64,000 nucleotides of DNA from Clostridium sp. (GTDB lineage Bacteria > Bacteroidota > Bacteroidia > Bacteroidales > Bacteroidaceae): contig JAMPGY010000005.1 of NCBI GenBank assembly GCA_023663705.1, positions 1 through 64,000 on the forward strand, given 5' to 3'. A model generated the notes under the pieces. The model saw only the letters and a list, made by a program, of their open reading frames with translations. It did no database searches and was not told the origin of the DNA. The translations under genes and the position numbers were made by a program. Every line of letters begins with the position of its first letter. Positions within the stretch are counted from its first letter, which is position 1. Shown one piece after another: positions 39,237 to 50,022 of this stretch.

Positions 39237-40025
39237 TTAAGACGAATGGTGATGGTTTTCATTCGCACCATGGTTCTTCAACACCCTGTGGGGCAGTTCG
39301 CCATGTCCGAGCAGGTCTATCGGACATCCCAAATTCCGATCTATCCATTCGGCTGATGTTTCCGTCGCGGAATGATAGTGCAACGTACCGTTGACACAGG
39401 CTATCGAACGGACATTCTGCAACACCGAACCCACATCGTGACTTACCAAGATGATTGCACTGTGTCGGTTAATTTCCTCGAGCAAACCATACAACCGCTC
39501 TTCGAACGGCTTATCGACATACGTGTTCGGTTCATCCAGAATCAACACCTCGGGACGGGACACGATGGCACGCCCCAGCAAGGCCCGTTGCAATTGTCCG
39601 CCACTCAAGGCTCCCACCGGACGATCGGCCAACGCTTCCAACCCCATACGACACACCATTTCACGCGCGCGTTCACCCTGTTCGCGAGTGTATCCTTTCC
39701 ATATGGATTTCTCGTGGTTCAATCCGGAACGCACCACCTCATACACCGAGATGGGGAATTTCCTGTCTATCCGGTTGTATTGCGGGAGGTAGCCCACATG
39801 AATGTGAGGCACCGATTTTCCCCCTCTGAAGAAGGAAAGACTTCCCCGCTCTATGGACTTCAGTCCCAATATCACTCTCATCAGCGTGGTCTTTCCTCCA
39901 CCGTTCGGACCGATGACACCCAGAAAATCGTGATCGTATACCGTGAGACTGACCTCCGACAGCACACGCTTCGAACCGTAGGATACAGCCACATCTGTCA
40001 GTTGGATTATCGGTTCACTATTCAT
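39237..40025 (-). CDS. Metal (Zn/Mn) ABC transporter ATP-binding protein
   Basis: Walker A GPNGGGKTT, signature LSGGQLQR, 262 aa; ZnuC-like. Confidence 0.8.
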   Translation of the reverse strand: MNSEPIIQLTDVAVSYGSKRVLSEVSLTVYDHDFLGVIGPNGGGKTTLMRVILGLKSIERGSLSFFRGGKSVPHIHVGYLPQYNRIDRKFPISVYEVVRSGLNHEKSIWKGYTREQGERAREMVCRMGLEALADRPVGALSGGQLQRALLGRAIVSRPEVLILDEPNTYVDKPFEERLYGLLEEINRHSAIILVSHDVGSVLQNVRSIACVNGTLHYHSATETSAEWIDRNLGCPIDLLGHGELPHRVLKNHGANENHHHSS

Positions 40026-40911
40026 TCTTCAAAACTTCTGCAATGTGCAACATCTCTTCATCCCAATGATAAGACAAAGGGTTGATCTCAACAACGCGGG
40101 CACCGATCTCACCGGCTATCAAATCGGCATGACGACGGTCGAATTCCTTTTGAACGAAAACAGTGCGTACGCCCGACATGCGGCATCGGTCAATGAGTTC
40201 ACGCAATCGGGCCGCCGAAGGTTCCTTACCGTCACTCTCAATGGCCAATTGAGTCAACCCATAGTCGCGGGCAAAATAAGTCAGTGTGGGATGGTAGATC
40301 AGGAATACGCTCCCCTGCTTATCAGCCAACAGACGGCTGATACTATCATTCAACTGCTGTGTACGAGACAGGAAACCGTGCAAATTGGCTTGAAACACCG
40401 GAGCCGAGGTAGTGTCCATCCGGCATAAGGCATCACAAATGCACCGTGCCATGACAGCCATATTGCGCGGTGAGGTCCACACATGAGGATCGCCCGATTG
40501 CTCCCCGGCACCGGACGTATCCGAATGGTGATGGGACGACGGGAGCAAGGTAAGTTTGTCGGCCGCTGCAACAAATACGGTTTGCTCGGCCTGAGTCTGT
40601 AAACGCCCCAACCATTCCCGTTCAAAACCAAGATCTCCACAAGCCACATACAATGTACTGCGGGATAAATTCATCATCTGTGCCGGTGTTGGTTCGTAGG
40701 TCTCCGGATTTCCTCCTCCCGGCACTAAGGTTTGCACCACATAGAGGTCGCCCACGAGCTGTTCCGTCACACAACGCAACGGTTCGATACTCACCGTGAC
40801 ACATCTTTCCGAACCCGTGTCCTTACGTTGACTGCAGGCCGCCAGACACAGTAAGACACTGCCGATGAAAAGCACACCCGTCACCCTGTTTTTAAACCAA
40901 AGATACCACAT
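40018..40911 (-). CDS. Metal ABC transporter substrate-binding lipoprotein (ZnuA/TroA-like)
   Basis: Lipoprotein signal (LCLAAC), His-rich loop HHHSDTSGAGEQSGDPHVW typical of ZnuA. Confidence 0.8.
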   Translation of the reverse strand: MWYLWFKNRVTGVLFIGSVLLCLAACSQRKDTGSERCVTVSIEPLRCVTEQLVGDLYVVQTLVPGGGNPETYEPTPAQMMNLSRSTLYVACGDLGFEREWLGRLQTQAEQTVFVAAADKLTLLPSSHHHSDTSGAGEQSGDPHVWTSPRNMAVMARCICDALCRMDTTSAPVFQANLHGFLSRTQQLNDSISRLLADKQGSVFLIYHPTLTYFARDYGLTQLAIESDGKEPSAARLRELIDRCRMSGVRTVFVQKEFDRRHADLIAGEIGARVVEINPLSYHWDEEMLHIAEVLKNE

Positions 40912-41341
40912 AAATTAAAATTGCATAACGTAGAAATTTACCAACGGTAATAGATATGACACTGATGGGTAAATTGGCCCGCATATACCCCATCGAAACA
41001 GCTATGACACTGCCCAGAACCGGCAGAAAACACAGCAAGCCCATCCAAGCGCCGTAACTGTCCATGAACCGGCGGGCATTCTCAACCTTTTCGCGTTTCA
41101 CATGCAAATACTTCTCGATCCACTCCATCTTTCCCATACGCCCGATGGCATAGTTGAACATGCTTCCCCCCACATTACCGGCCGTGCCCCAAACAAGCAG
41201 AAGTGTGGGATTCAATCCCATCGTCTGCAAACCGGCCATGACCGCCTCGGAACTGAACGGAAACACACTACCCGCAATAAACGCTGAGACAAACATGCCC
41301 CAATATCCATATTGGAGCAGAAATTCAACCACCATACTCAT
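40892..41341 (-). CDS. YqaA/DedA-family small membrane protein
   Basis: Four TM helices; start set to Met giving ATGA overlap with upstream stop; no cognate permease (ZnuB) gene seen, which is unusual. Confidence 0.55.
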   Translation of the reverse strand: MSMVVEFLLQYGYWGMFVSAFIAGSVFPFSSEAVMAGLQTMGLNPTLLLVWGTAGNVGGSMFNYAIGRMGKMEWIEKYLHVKREKVENARRFMDSYGAWMGLLCFLPVLGSVIAVSMGYMRANLPISVISITVGKFLRYAILIYVVSLV

Positions 41342-42267
41342 AAAGATAACATCAATAGAGTTAACGACCAAACAGACATCGTCACAAACAATACGCTGAC
41401 CGTCCGCGTACGATCCAACGCACACATGTGAGCCAACAGAGGAGCGCTGCTTGCCAACAACAGGCCATAAAGCGCGTCAAAGTCTTCCGGACACATTATC
41501 ACCCATACCTGCACACAGACATGCAACAGGATAAGCATGTGGAACAGCATACGGGTACGGATCTTATCGCTGCAATTAAAATTGAAATAACGCACAATGG
41601 CAACCGACATGAAAAACGTGAGTCCTCCCCATGCCGCCTGCCGATCCGATGTGAGCGAGGCATAACTGCTCAGTTCCGGCAGTCCCGTCCAATGAATCCG
41701 ACTCCATATGCCAAGCCAATAGGCAGGTTTGTCCACATACAGAGTCCATGCCGCTGCAAACCAAAACGGAAGCACTAACCCGATTAGGGCCGAGCGGAAC
41801 GTACGGAACGAGAGTGTGCGCAAGTAGACGGCCATGCAAAAAAGAAAAAAGGGAATCAACCCCACTAAACGAGGATAAATCAACATTCCTAAACCCAAAC
41901 ACAGAAAGGCATGGAATGTGCCTGCGACCGGCTGATATTGCTGATATGTCCGGAACAAGAGGTAGCACGCCAGCATGACAGCCGGTACGACCAGCAAATC
42001 CACCCGAAACGCATGCATAAACCCACAACATCCCACACCTATCATATAAACAGTAGCCGTCATGCGGGTGCGTATCCGTATCAGAGAATTGACATTATTC
42101 ATCTCCTCAAGCAGATAGACCATAAACAAAGCAAGTGCCCATCCACACAAGCCGTCAACAACGAAATTTCCCGATTCCGTCAACCAAGCCAGCGTGGCAA
42201 GAACAATGGCGACAGGCAACGTGAAGTTGCTTGTCGCCACTTTGTTTTGAATGCGGTTTGTCTGCAT
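41338..42267 (-). CDS. Polytopic membrane protein of unknown function
   Basis: 309 aa, about 9 hydrophobic helices, no recognisable catalytic motif. Confidence 0.55.
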   Translation of the reverse strand: MQTNRIQNKVATSNFTLPVAIVLATLAWLTESGNFVVDGLCGWALALFMVYLLEEMNNVNSLIRIRTRMTATVYMIGVGCCGFMHAFRVDLLVVPAVMLACYLLFRTYQQYQPVAGTFHAFLCLGLGMLIYPRLVGLIPFFLFCMAVYLRTLSFRTFRSALIGLVLPFWFAAAWTLYVDKPAYWLGIWSRIHWTGLPELSSYASLTSDRQAAWGGLTFFMSVAIVRYFNFNCSDKIRTRMLFHMLILLHVCVQVWVIMCPEDFDALYGLLLASSAPLLAHMCALDRTRTVSVLFVTMSVWSLTLLMLSL

Positions 42268-42283
42268 ATCAGATATATGGCGC

Positions 42284-43561
42284 CTAAAGATCCTTTCCTA
42301 TGTCCGAACGGAAATATTTTTTCTCAAATTGTATCTTCTGAGCCTCGCGGAAGGAGTTGCGCAAAGCCTCAGCCTTATCATTTCCATAGGAACTCACGGC
42401 AATGACACGTCCTCCGGCGGTTACCACCTGACCGCCTTTCAATGCTGTGCCGGCATGAAACACGATGCTTCCTTCCACCTCATCAATACCCGTAATAGGA
42501 AATCCCTTCTCATAGGCTTCGGGATAGCCACCGGACACCAGCATCACGCAAACGGCGCTACGCCCGTCGATCTCCAAAGTCTTCCGGTCCAATGTTCCAT
42601 TGGCCACCCCTTCAAACAAATCCACCAAGTCGCTCTTGATTCTCAACATAACGGATTCCGTCTCAGGATCACCCATACGCACATTGTATTCAATCACCAT
42701 CGGTTCACCATTCACATTAATCAGGCCAAAGAAGATGAATCCCTTGTAATCAATACCTTCAGCAGCCAATCCCTCCACTGTCGGACGAATGATACGCTCT
42801 TCCACCTTACGCATCCATACTTCATCAGCAAAAGGAACGGGAGACACGCTACCCATACCGCCGGTGTTCAAACCCGTATCATGCTCGCCAATACGTTTAT
42901 AGTCCTTGGCCTCAGGCAATATCTTATAATTTTTCCCGTCCGTCAACACGAATACCGAACATTCTATACCGCTCAGGAATTCCTCAATGACCACCGATGA
43001 AGAAGCGCTGCCAAACATACCGCCAAGCATTTCCTTCAATTCTTTGCGTGCCTCCTCGATCGTAGGCAATATCAACACGCCTTTACCGGCACACAAGCCA
43101 TCGGCTTTCAGCACATAAGGCGCCTTCAAAGTCTCCAAAAACCGGAGTCCCTCCTCAAGAGTTTCTCCCGTGAAGGTCTGATAAGCCGCCGTAGGTATGC
43201 CATGGCGCTGCATGAAGCCTTTGGCAAAATCCTTGCTACCTTCCAACACCGCTCCTTTTCCCGACGGTCCGATAACCGGTATGCCGCGCAAAGACTCATC
43301 CTGTTTGAAATAATCGTATATGCCTTTCACCAATGGATCCTCGGGTCCTACGACCACCATATCCACGCCTGTTTCCAACACAAACTTGCGGATGCCCTCA
43401 AAGTCGTCGGCCTTCAGAGGCACATTCTCACCTACTGCCGCTGTTCCCGCGTTTCCGGGTGCAATATACAACTTATTGATTTTCGGACTCTGTGCAATTT
43501 TCCAGGCCAAGGCATGTTCGCGCCCGCCGCTTCCCAACAGTAAGAGTTTCATTGTCTTCAT
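42284..43561 (-). CDS. purD: Phosphoribosylamine--glycine ligase
   Basis: 425 aa ATP-grasp; N-term [15 protein letters not shown]. Confidence 0.92.
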   Translation of the reverse strand: MKTMKLLLLGSGGREHALAWKIAQSPKINKLYIAPGNAGTAAVGENVPLKADDFEGIRKFVLETGVDMVVVGPEDPLVKGIYDYFKQDESLRGIPVIGPSGKGAVLEGSKDFAKGFMQRHGIPTAAYQTFTGETLEEGLRFLETLKAPYVLKADGLCAGKGVLILPTIEEARKELKEMLGGMFGSASSSVVIEEFLSGIECSVFVLTDGKNYKILPEAKDYKRIGEHDTGLNTGGMGSVSPVPFADEVWMRKVEERIIRPTVEGLAAEGIDYKGFIFFGLINVNGEPMVIEYNVRMGDPETESVMLRIKSDLVDLFEGVANGTLDRKTLEIDGRSAVCVMLVSGGYPEAYEKGFPITGIDEVEGSIVFHAGTALKGGQVVTAGGRVIAVSSYGNDKAEALRNSFREAQKIQFEKKYFRSDIGKDL

Positions 43562-45775
43562 TTATTTTAAGTTATCCTCGAAATATTGCGTTATACGTTC
43601 GTGCAGATGAACACGATCCTGCCCCACCATATTGTGTTCACCACCGGGATACATAAACAAGTCCGGTTGTGTGCCGGCATCAATACAGGCACGCATGAAC
43701 GACAGTGTATGTTGAGGCACACACACGGGATCTTCATAGCCAATGATCACCTGCAGTTTACCACGCAGATTACCGGCTTTTTCCCTCAGATTACTTTTCT
43801 GATACCCTTCCGGATTGCCTTGAGGCGTACCCATATAGCGCTCGCCATACATTGCCTCGTAATACTGCCAGTCAACGACCGGTCCGCCGGCCACACCCAC
43901 CTTGAATACATCGGGATAAGTGAGCATCAAATTGGTAGTCATGAACCCACCAAACGACCATCCGTGCACGCCGATACGCGTCTTGTCCACCCACGGCAGA
44001 TTCTGCAAGAAACGGATTCCCTCCATCTGATCTTTCATCTCCTCCTCTCCTAAATGTCCATAGGTTACATTCTCAAATTCAAGTCCTCTGTTCTCCGAAC
44101 CACGACCGTCCAGCACAAAGACCAGATAGCCTTTCTGAGCCATATAGATTTCCCAACCACGGGCATTGTAGTTCCAGCCGGCTTCCACCAAATGAGCATG
44201 CGGTCCGCCGTACACATACACTACAACCGGATATTGTTTGGCCGGATCAAAACCAACCGGTTTTACCATACGATAATAAAGATCTGTCTGACGATCAGCG
44301 GCCCGCAGACTGGCGCAAGTTATTTCGGGTACGTCATAACCGATCCAAGGATCTTCGGAAGTCAGAATGTTTACAGCCTTGCCGTTCCGGGTAGAACGCA
44401 CATCCACCATACGCGGCATCTCGGGATTGGAATACCGATCCGTCAGATACTGTCCGCCTGCCGAAAGACAAATATTGTGTACTCCTTCACCATCATCCAG
44501 CAAAGTCCGTTTCCCGTTGACAACATTCACGGCATACACATCCGACTGTAACGGATGACATTCCGTACTACGGATAATCACCGACTTGTCTTTAGGATTA
44601 AATCCAGCTAATTCCTGCACAACCCACGGTCCTGAAGTAAGCTGCTTCACCGCCACAAATTCGGTGTAACGGCTGGTTCTATCAGCCTGTTCCACAGGCT
44701 CAACTTTGTTTTTCAGATCGAAGACATAGAGATGATTGAATCCGTCCCTCTGACTTTGCAAAATGAACTTGCTCTCATCCCAGGGCAAAAATGCCAACGG
44801 ATGGGACGGCTCCACATATTTGGGGTGAGACTCACGATAAAGCACACCCTCCGGCTCACCGGTCCCGACATTATAAACTACCAAAGCGCACTCGCTCTGC
44901 GCACGGTTCAATTCCTGTATATACAAGTGTTTGCCATCCGGCCCCCACGTGAGATTCGTAAAATAACGTTCGGCCGGCTCACCGGTTTTCAACCAAACGG
45001 TCTGACGTGTCTGCGGATTGTAGATTCCCACCGTCACCCGATGGATCGGCTCTCCGGCCATCGGATATTTGCAGGGCAGGGCTGTGGCTATCCGCGTGGA
45101 TATATCCACCAACGGATAATCGGGTACCATACTTTGATCCATTCTGTAGAACGCCAACAAATCACCTTTCGGACTCCAGAAGGTACCCTTTTCTATCCCG
45201 AATTCATTGCGATGCACGCTCTGACCGTATACGATGTCATTACTACCATCCGTGCTCACCTCCAATAATTCTCCCTGAGCCGTTGTCACACAGAGATTCC
45301 CCCCCTTGGTCCAAGCCAAATGGCGTGACACCGGCGACCAATCGGGATTGTTCATTCCCTCCGGCACAGGTATCTGCCACACCGGCTCTTTCTTTTCAAA
45401 ATCAATCAGACGATAAGCATCTGCAGTCTTTACCAACACCCACGGATCTTCCGGAAAGGGAAAAGAGAAACCATACGTGCTGGAGACCGCTTTTTCCCCC
45501 ATTCCATCGATTTTCTTCAGCCATGTGTTCAGATTATCCGTTGTCAGCAAAAGATTTTCCTTGCCGGTTCGGATATTGATCTCATAACAGGCATCTGCAT
45601 CCAGACGCACTAAACGATCTCCCCACCACGTGGTGAAGATATTCTCAGGCTGATGGCTATAAAATGTCTTTCCACCGGGAATCAGATCATCCAGCGTGAA
45701 TAGCTTTTGTGTTTCGCCCATAACAAACAACGTTGCACAAAACAGCAACAGACTTAAACTAATCCTTCTCACCAT
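43562..45775 (-). CDS. S9-family serine peptidase, DPP-IV-like (beta-propeller plus alpha/beta hydrolase)
   Basis: Catalytic GWSFGG serine motif, D and H of triad in C-terminal domain; start set to MVRRISLSLLLF signal peptide (ORF-track N-terminal extension overlaps upstream gene). Confidence 0.85.
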   Translation of the reverse strand: MVRRISLSLLLFCATLFVMGETQKLFTLDDLIPGGKTFYSHQPENIFTTWWGDRLVRLDADACYEINIRTGKENLLLTTDNLNTWLKKIDGMGEKAVSSTYGFSFPFPEDPWVLVKTADAYRLIDFEKKEPVWQIPVPEGMNNPDWSPVSRHLAWTKGGNLCVTTAQGELLEVSTDGSNDIVYGQSVHRNEFGIEKGTFWSPKGDLLAFYRMDQSMVPDYPLVDISTRIATALPCKYPMAGEPIHRVTVGIYNPQTRQTVWLKTGEPAERYFTNLTWGPDGKHLYIQELNRAQSECALVVYNVGTGEPEGVLYRESHPKYVEPSHPLAFLPWDESKFILQSQRDGFNHLYVFDLKNKVEPVEQADRTSRYTEFVAVKQLTSGPWVVQELAGFNPKDKSVIIRSTECHPLQSDVYAVNVVNGKRTLLDDGEGVHNICLSAGGQYLTDRYSNPEMPRMVDVRSTRNGKAVNILTSEDPWIGYDVPEITCASLRAADRQTDLYYRMVKPVGFDPAKQYPVVVYVYGGPHAHLVEAGWNYNARGWEIYMAQKGYLVFVLDGRGSENRGLEFENVTYGHLGEEEMKDQMEGIRFLQNLPWVDKTRIGVHGWSFGGFMTTNLMLTYPDVFKVGVAGGPVVDWQYYEAMYGERYMGTPQGNPEGYQKSNLREKAGNLRGKLQVIIGYEDPVCVPQHTLSFMRACIDAGTQPDLFMYPGGEHNMVGQDRVHLHERITQYFEDNLK

Positions 45776-47252
45776 AACGCGATGATTTTCGGTTTCTGTC
45801 ATGGTTTCTTTCGTCTCCCTTGAAACGGAACGGCTTTCTATCAAACGACCGACCGGATCCGAACTTGCGTCCCTCCCCATTATGGCTTCCTCCTGAGCGG
45901 AATCCTCGCTTATCACCCTCGCGACGCTCCCTGCGGTCGAAACGCTTGCGCTCTCCCAAACGATCGGAATCCAAATGACGTCCACGATAATTTGTTTCCT
46001 CCTCCTCGCCATCTATGCGTTTCTTAAATTCGCGATTAGCCTTAAAACGCCGTTTCTCCGCCATTTGCTTGCGCTCTTCATCCGTTTTGATCTGACCGCC
46101 GGCGGCGCGCATCTCGCTATATTTACCGCCAAACGACTGGTACTTGCGAAATTCGCATTCCAATGAACCGTTGAACAAAGGTATCTTGAGCGAAGGTTTC
46201 AATCCGATGCTGTCGAAACACTCCTCACGATAGCTCAGCACCCAGGCATCGTTGTCCTGAAACTGATGTTTCAGTTTCTCACCTATCATTTGATAGAGGC
46301 CCAATAGATCGGGCGTAGAGATGCGTTCACCGTAAGGTGGATTAGTGATGATGATACTCTTTTCTGCCGGTTGCTTGAATTGTCTGAAGTCCTGCAAGTT
46401 GATCTCAATTTCCTTGGATAAGCCCGCTGCTTTCACATTGCGTACGGCAATATCTTGCGCATTGCGGTTATTGTCGTATCCATAAATCTTATGTTCAAAC
46501 TCACGCTCGGCAGAGTCGTCATTATAGATCGAGTCAAACAAATCCTGATCAAAATCCGGCCACTTCTCAAAAGCATATCCCTTACGGAACACACCCGGAG
46601 CTATATTGCGCGCAATGAGCGCCGCCTCTATAGGTATGGTGCCAGAACCACACATCGGATCGATCAGATCACATTCTCCCCTCCATCCGGTCATCAGTAT
46701 CATCGCAGCAGCCAACACCTCGTTAAGCGGTGCCTCCACAGCCTCCTGACGGTACCCCCGACGATGCAGCGACTCTCCCGAACTGTCAAACGATAATGTA
46801 CAATCGTTTTCCGCTATATGTATATTCAAACGTAAATCAGGGTTTGTAACACTGATATTGGGGCGCTGACCGGTCTTCTCACGAAAATAATCCACTATTG
46901 CATCCTTCACCTTGTAAGCCACAAACTTGCTGTGACGGAATTCTTGCGAGAAAACGACAGAATCAACAGCAAAACTGGTATCGTTGTTCAGATACAAACT
47001 CCAGTCTATCGCCTTGACGGCATCATATACTTCGTCGGCAGTACGTGCACGGAAATGTTTGATCGGTTTCAGAATACGAATAGCCGTACGCAAAGCAAAA
47101 TTAGCACGATACATAAGCTCCTTATCTCCCGTAAAAGAGACCATACGACGACCAATCTGTATGTTATTGGCTCCTAAGTCTGTCAGTTCGGCAGCCAAGG
47201 TAGCTTCCAGTCCTTGGAATGTTTTAGCGATTAACTCAAATTCAGCTTCCAT
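45759..47252 (-). CDS. THUMP-domain class I SAM-dependent RNA methyltransferase (RlmL/COG0116-like) with about 110-aa Arg/Gly/Glu/Lys-rich C-terminal tail
   Basis: THUMP N-terminal region, motif I DPMCGSGT, NPPYG catalytic motif; low-complexity RG/RE tail (…RFDRRERREGDKRGFRSGGSHNGEGRKFGSGRSFDRKPFRFKGDE…). Confidence 0.8.
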   Translation of the reverse strand: MEAEFELIAKTFQGLEATLAAELTDLGANNIQIGRRMVSFTGDKELMYRANFALRTAIRILKPIKHFRARTADEVYDAVKAIDWSLYLNNDTSFAVDSVVFSQEFRHSKFVAYKVKDAIVDYFREKTGQRPNISVTNPDLRLNIHIAENDCTLSFDSSGESLHRRGYRQEAVEAPLNEVLAAAMILMTGWRGECDLIDPMCGSGTIPIEAALIARNIAPGVFRKGYAFEKWPDFDQDLFDSIYNDDSAEREFEHKIYGYDNNRNAQDIAVRNVKAAGLSKEIEINLQDFRQFKQPAEKSIIITNPPYGERISTPDLLGLYQMIGEKLKHQFQDNDAWVLSYREECFDSIGLKPSLKIPLFNGSLECEFRKYQSFGGKYSEMRAAGGQIKTDEERKQMAEKRRFKANREFKKRIDGEEEETNYRGRHLDSDRLGERKRFDRRERREGDKRGFRSGGSHNGEGRKFGSGRSFDRKPFRFKGDERNHDRNRKSSRYGEKD

Positions 47253-47287
47253 GTTAGTTTATTATTCGATGGGATGTAAATAGTGTT

Positions 47288-48199
47288 TCATTTATATTTC
47301 TTCTGCACCAAACGTGCGCCGGGCAACACATCTTCGGTTACCCATATATTGCCCCCGATTGTAGCTCCCCGTCCAATGGTAATGCGCCCGAGAATCGTAG
47401 AGTTGGCATACACGATTACGTTATCCTCCAATATCGGATGACGAGGAATCCCCTTGATGGGATTGCCTTGTTCATCAAGCGGAAAACTCTTGGCTCCCAA
47501 GGTCACTCCCTGATAAAGTTTTACATTATTGCCTATGATACACGTGGCACCAATCACCACGCCCGTACCGTGGTCTATCGTAAAGTGATGACCGATACTT
47601 GCTCCCGGATGTATGTCTATACCGGTCTCGGAATGCGCAATCTCCGTAATTATGCGAGGAATCAAAGGCACATCTAAAAGAAGCAACTCATGAGCGATAC
47701 GGTAGTTGCTCAGTGCTTTGATAATGGGATAGCAACTGATGATTTCGCCGTAGGATCCGGCCGCCGGATCACCGTTGTACGCGGCCTCCACATCTGTAGC
47801 CAGCACAGCACGCAGTGCTGGCAACCGCCGGACAAAACACGAGGACAACTCTTCGGCCTTTGAGCGATTGATCTCACAAGCAGATCCGCCGTCGGAGACA
47901 TAATCGTTATCACCGGCCATAAAACACAGACCGGCCAGAATCTGTTCTGTCAGGAGACCATGAAGTCGCTCCACGTTCACACCGATATGATAACGGATGG
48001 TGTGACTGTTTACCGTAAATTGACCATAGAAACCGGGGAACAAGATAGAACGGCACAACTCGATAATCTCACACAAAGCATTTCCCGAAGGCAACGGATC
48101 ACCGTCACGATGCTCATGAAACAAGCCTTTCAGAGAACTACTTTCGGATAGTTCCTCAACGGTCTGTGCCAAAAAATGAGTAAAATTCAACGGACTCAT
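47288..48199 (-). CDS. cysE: Serine O-acetyltransferase (long form)
   Basis: N-terminal SATase helical domain plus left-handed beta-helix hexapeptide repeats. Confidence 0.85.
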   Translation of the reverse strand: MSPLNFTHFLAQTVEELSESSSLKGLFHEHRDGDPLPSGNALCEIIELCRSILFPGFYGQFTVNSHTIRYHIGVNVERLHGLLTEQILAGLCFMAGDNDYVSDGGSACEINRSKAEELSSCFVRRLPALRAVLATDVEAAYNGDPAAGSYGEIISCYPIIKALSNYRIAHELLLLDVPLIPRIITEIAHSETGIDIHPGASIGHHFTIDHGTGVVIGATCIIGNNVKLYQGVTLGAKSFPLDEQGNPIKGIPRHPILEDNVIVYANSTILGRITIGRGATIGGNIWVTEDVLPGARLVQKKYK

Positions 48200-48320
48200 T
48201 ATCGTTCTATAAAAAGCGACTCATTATTAATTTACAAAGATAGGCAAAAAAAAAAACATGCCACGATTTTTTTCGCTTTTTTTGTTTCACACTCAACATC
48301 CCATATCACAATAAAACAAA

Positions 48321-48343
48321 GCATCCCGGTATTTCCGGGATGC
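48321..48343 (-). terminator. Terminator hairpin GCATCCCGG-tattt-CCGGGATGC downstream of tRNA-Gln pair
   Basis: 9-bp perfect stem; T-rich flank. Confidence 0.55.
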
Positions 48344-48356
48344 TTATCACACTGTG

Positions 48357-48427
48357 TTGGGCTATCCGGACTCGAACCAGAAAAAACAGGACCAGAATCT
48401 GTTGTGTTACCATTACACCATAGCCCA
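48357..48427 (-). tRNA. tRNA-Gln (anticodon CTG)
   Basis: Manual fold of reverse complement: U1-A72 acceptor TGGGCTA/TAGCCCA, 3-bp D stem, anticodon loop TTCTGGT, T arm TCTGG-TTCGAGT-CCGGA. Confidence 0.8.
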
Positions 48428-48454
48428 ATATGTAAAGAACAAAAGCGGAGTGCG

Positions 48455-48525
48455 TTGGGTTATCCGGTTTCGAACCAGAACTAAGACGACCAAAATGTCT
48501 TGTGCTACCATTACACCATAACCCA
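48455..48525 (-). tRNA. tRNA-Gln (anticodon TTG)
   Basis: Same architecture as neighbour; anticodon loop TTTTGGT; acceptor TGGGTTA/TAACCCA. Confidence 0.8.
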
Positions 48526-48555
48526 ATCCTGGGTGCCTTCTCTTAAAAAGCACTG

Positions 48556-48563
48556 CAAAGGTA
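48556..48563 (-). promoter_or_regulatory. -7 promoter box (TACCTTTG on minus strand) for tRNA-Gln pair
   Basis: Plus-strand CAAAGGTA about 30 nt upstream of tRNA 5' end. Confidence 0.4.
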
Positions 48564-48602
48564 ATGCTTTCCGCTTAAATGCGCAAATTTTTCCGCTTAT
48601 TT

Positions 48603-49895
48603 TTATTTGGCAATAAGCAAAAAATAGTTCTTCTTCCCTCGTTGAACCAACAGATATTTGCCATCCAGCAAATCCTGCTCAGTAACAACACGGTCAAACT
48701 CAACCAGTTTTTCCTTATTCAGCGATACACCTCCGCCTTGTGTCATCTTACGCATCTCGCCCTTGCTCGGGAAGCAGGGTGCCGCCTCCGTGAAAAGATC
48801 CACAGCCTTTATTCCGGACGTCAACGCCTCACGACTTACTTCATAATGCGGCACACCGGCAAACACATCCAATAATGTATTCTCATCCAACTTGACCAAG
48901 CTTTCACGTGTAGCCTTGCCAAACAAGATATTACTGGCCTCTACTGCCATGTTATAGTCTTCCTCGCCATGCACCATAACGGTTACTTCGCGAGCCAGAC
49001 GCTTCTGCAGCACACGCTGTCCGGGATCCACCTGATGCTCAGCTATCACGGACTCCACCTCTTCGCGAGTAAGCGACGTGAATATCTTGATATAACGTTC
49101 GGCATCAGCATCGGCCACATTGAGCCAGAACTGGTAAAACGCATATGGCGTCGTGTAATTACGATCCAACCAAATGTTCCCTTGCTCCGTCTTGCCAAAC
49201 TTGCGGCCGTCGGCCTTGGTGATCAAGGGGCACGTCAAGGCGTAGGCCTCACCCCCCGTCGTGCGACGGATAAGTTCCGTTCCGGTTGTGATATTTCCCC
49301 ATTGGTCACTTCCACCCATCTGTAGCTTACAATTCTTATGTTGATTCAGATAAAGGAAGTCGTAGCCCTGCAACAACTGATAGGTAAATTCCGTGAAGGA
49401 TAATCCGTCACGGGCCTCGCCGTTCAGACGCTTCTGCACGCTATCCTTAGCCATCATATAGTTGACCGTAATGTGCTTGCCCACTTCACGGGCAAAATCA
49501 AGGAAAGTAAAATCCTTCATCCAATCGTAGTTGTTCACCAATTCGGCACGATTGGGCGCATCACTCTCAAAATCCAAAAAACGGGCCAACTGCTTCTGTA
49601 TGCATTCTACATTATGGCGCAAAGTCTCTTCGTCCAGCAGATTGCGTTCCTGACTTTTTCCGGATGGGTCACCTATCATTCCCGTAGCACCGCCCACCAA
49701 GGCCAACGGCTTGTGACCGCAGCGCTGAAAGTGACGCAACATCATCACGCCGCACAAATGACCGATATGAAGTGAATCCGCCGTGGGATCAATGCCCACA
49801 TAAGCCGTAACCTGCTCTTTGGCAAGCAACTCTTCCGTTCCGGGCATCATGGTATGCACCATTCCCCGCCATGTTAGTTCTTCTACAAAGTTCAT
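48603..49895 (-). CDS. tyrS: Tyrosine--tRNA ligase
   Basis: HIGH motif (HIGHL), KMSKS-like (KFGKT), C-terminal S4 domain. Confidence 0.92.
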   Translation of the reverse strand: MNFVEELTWRGMVHTMMPGTEELLAKEQVTAYVGIDPTADSLHIGHLCGVMMLRHFQRCGHKPLALVGGATGMIGDPSGKSQERNLLDEETLRHNVECIQKQLARFLDFESDAPNRAELVNNYDWMKDFTFLDFAREVGKHITVNYMMAKDSVQKRLNGEARDGLSFTEFTYQLLQGYDFLYLNQHKNCKLQMGGSDQWGNITTGTELIRRTTGGEAYALTCPLITKADGRKFGKTEQGNIWLDRNYTTPYAFYQFWLNVADADAERYIKIFTSLTREEVESVIAEHQVDPGQRVLQKRLAREVTVMVHGEEDYNMAVEASNILFGKATRESLVKLDENTLLDVFAGVPHYEVSREALTSGIKAVDLFTEAAPCFPSKGEMRKMTQGGGVSLNKEKLVEFDRVVTEQDLLDGKYLLVQRGKKNYFLLIAK

Positions 49896-50022
49896 CGAAT
49901 GAATTTATTGTTTCCGCCACAAAAATACGACCTTTCAATCAAACAAACAAACAAAGTTCCTAATTTAATAATAAGCAGGACAAAATGATAAACATCCGCC
50001 ATACCCCGCCATCCGCTTCCAA

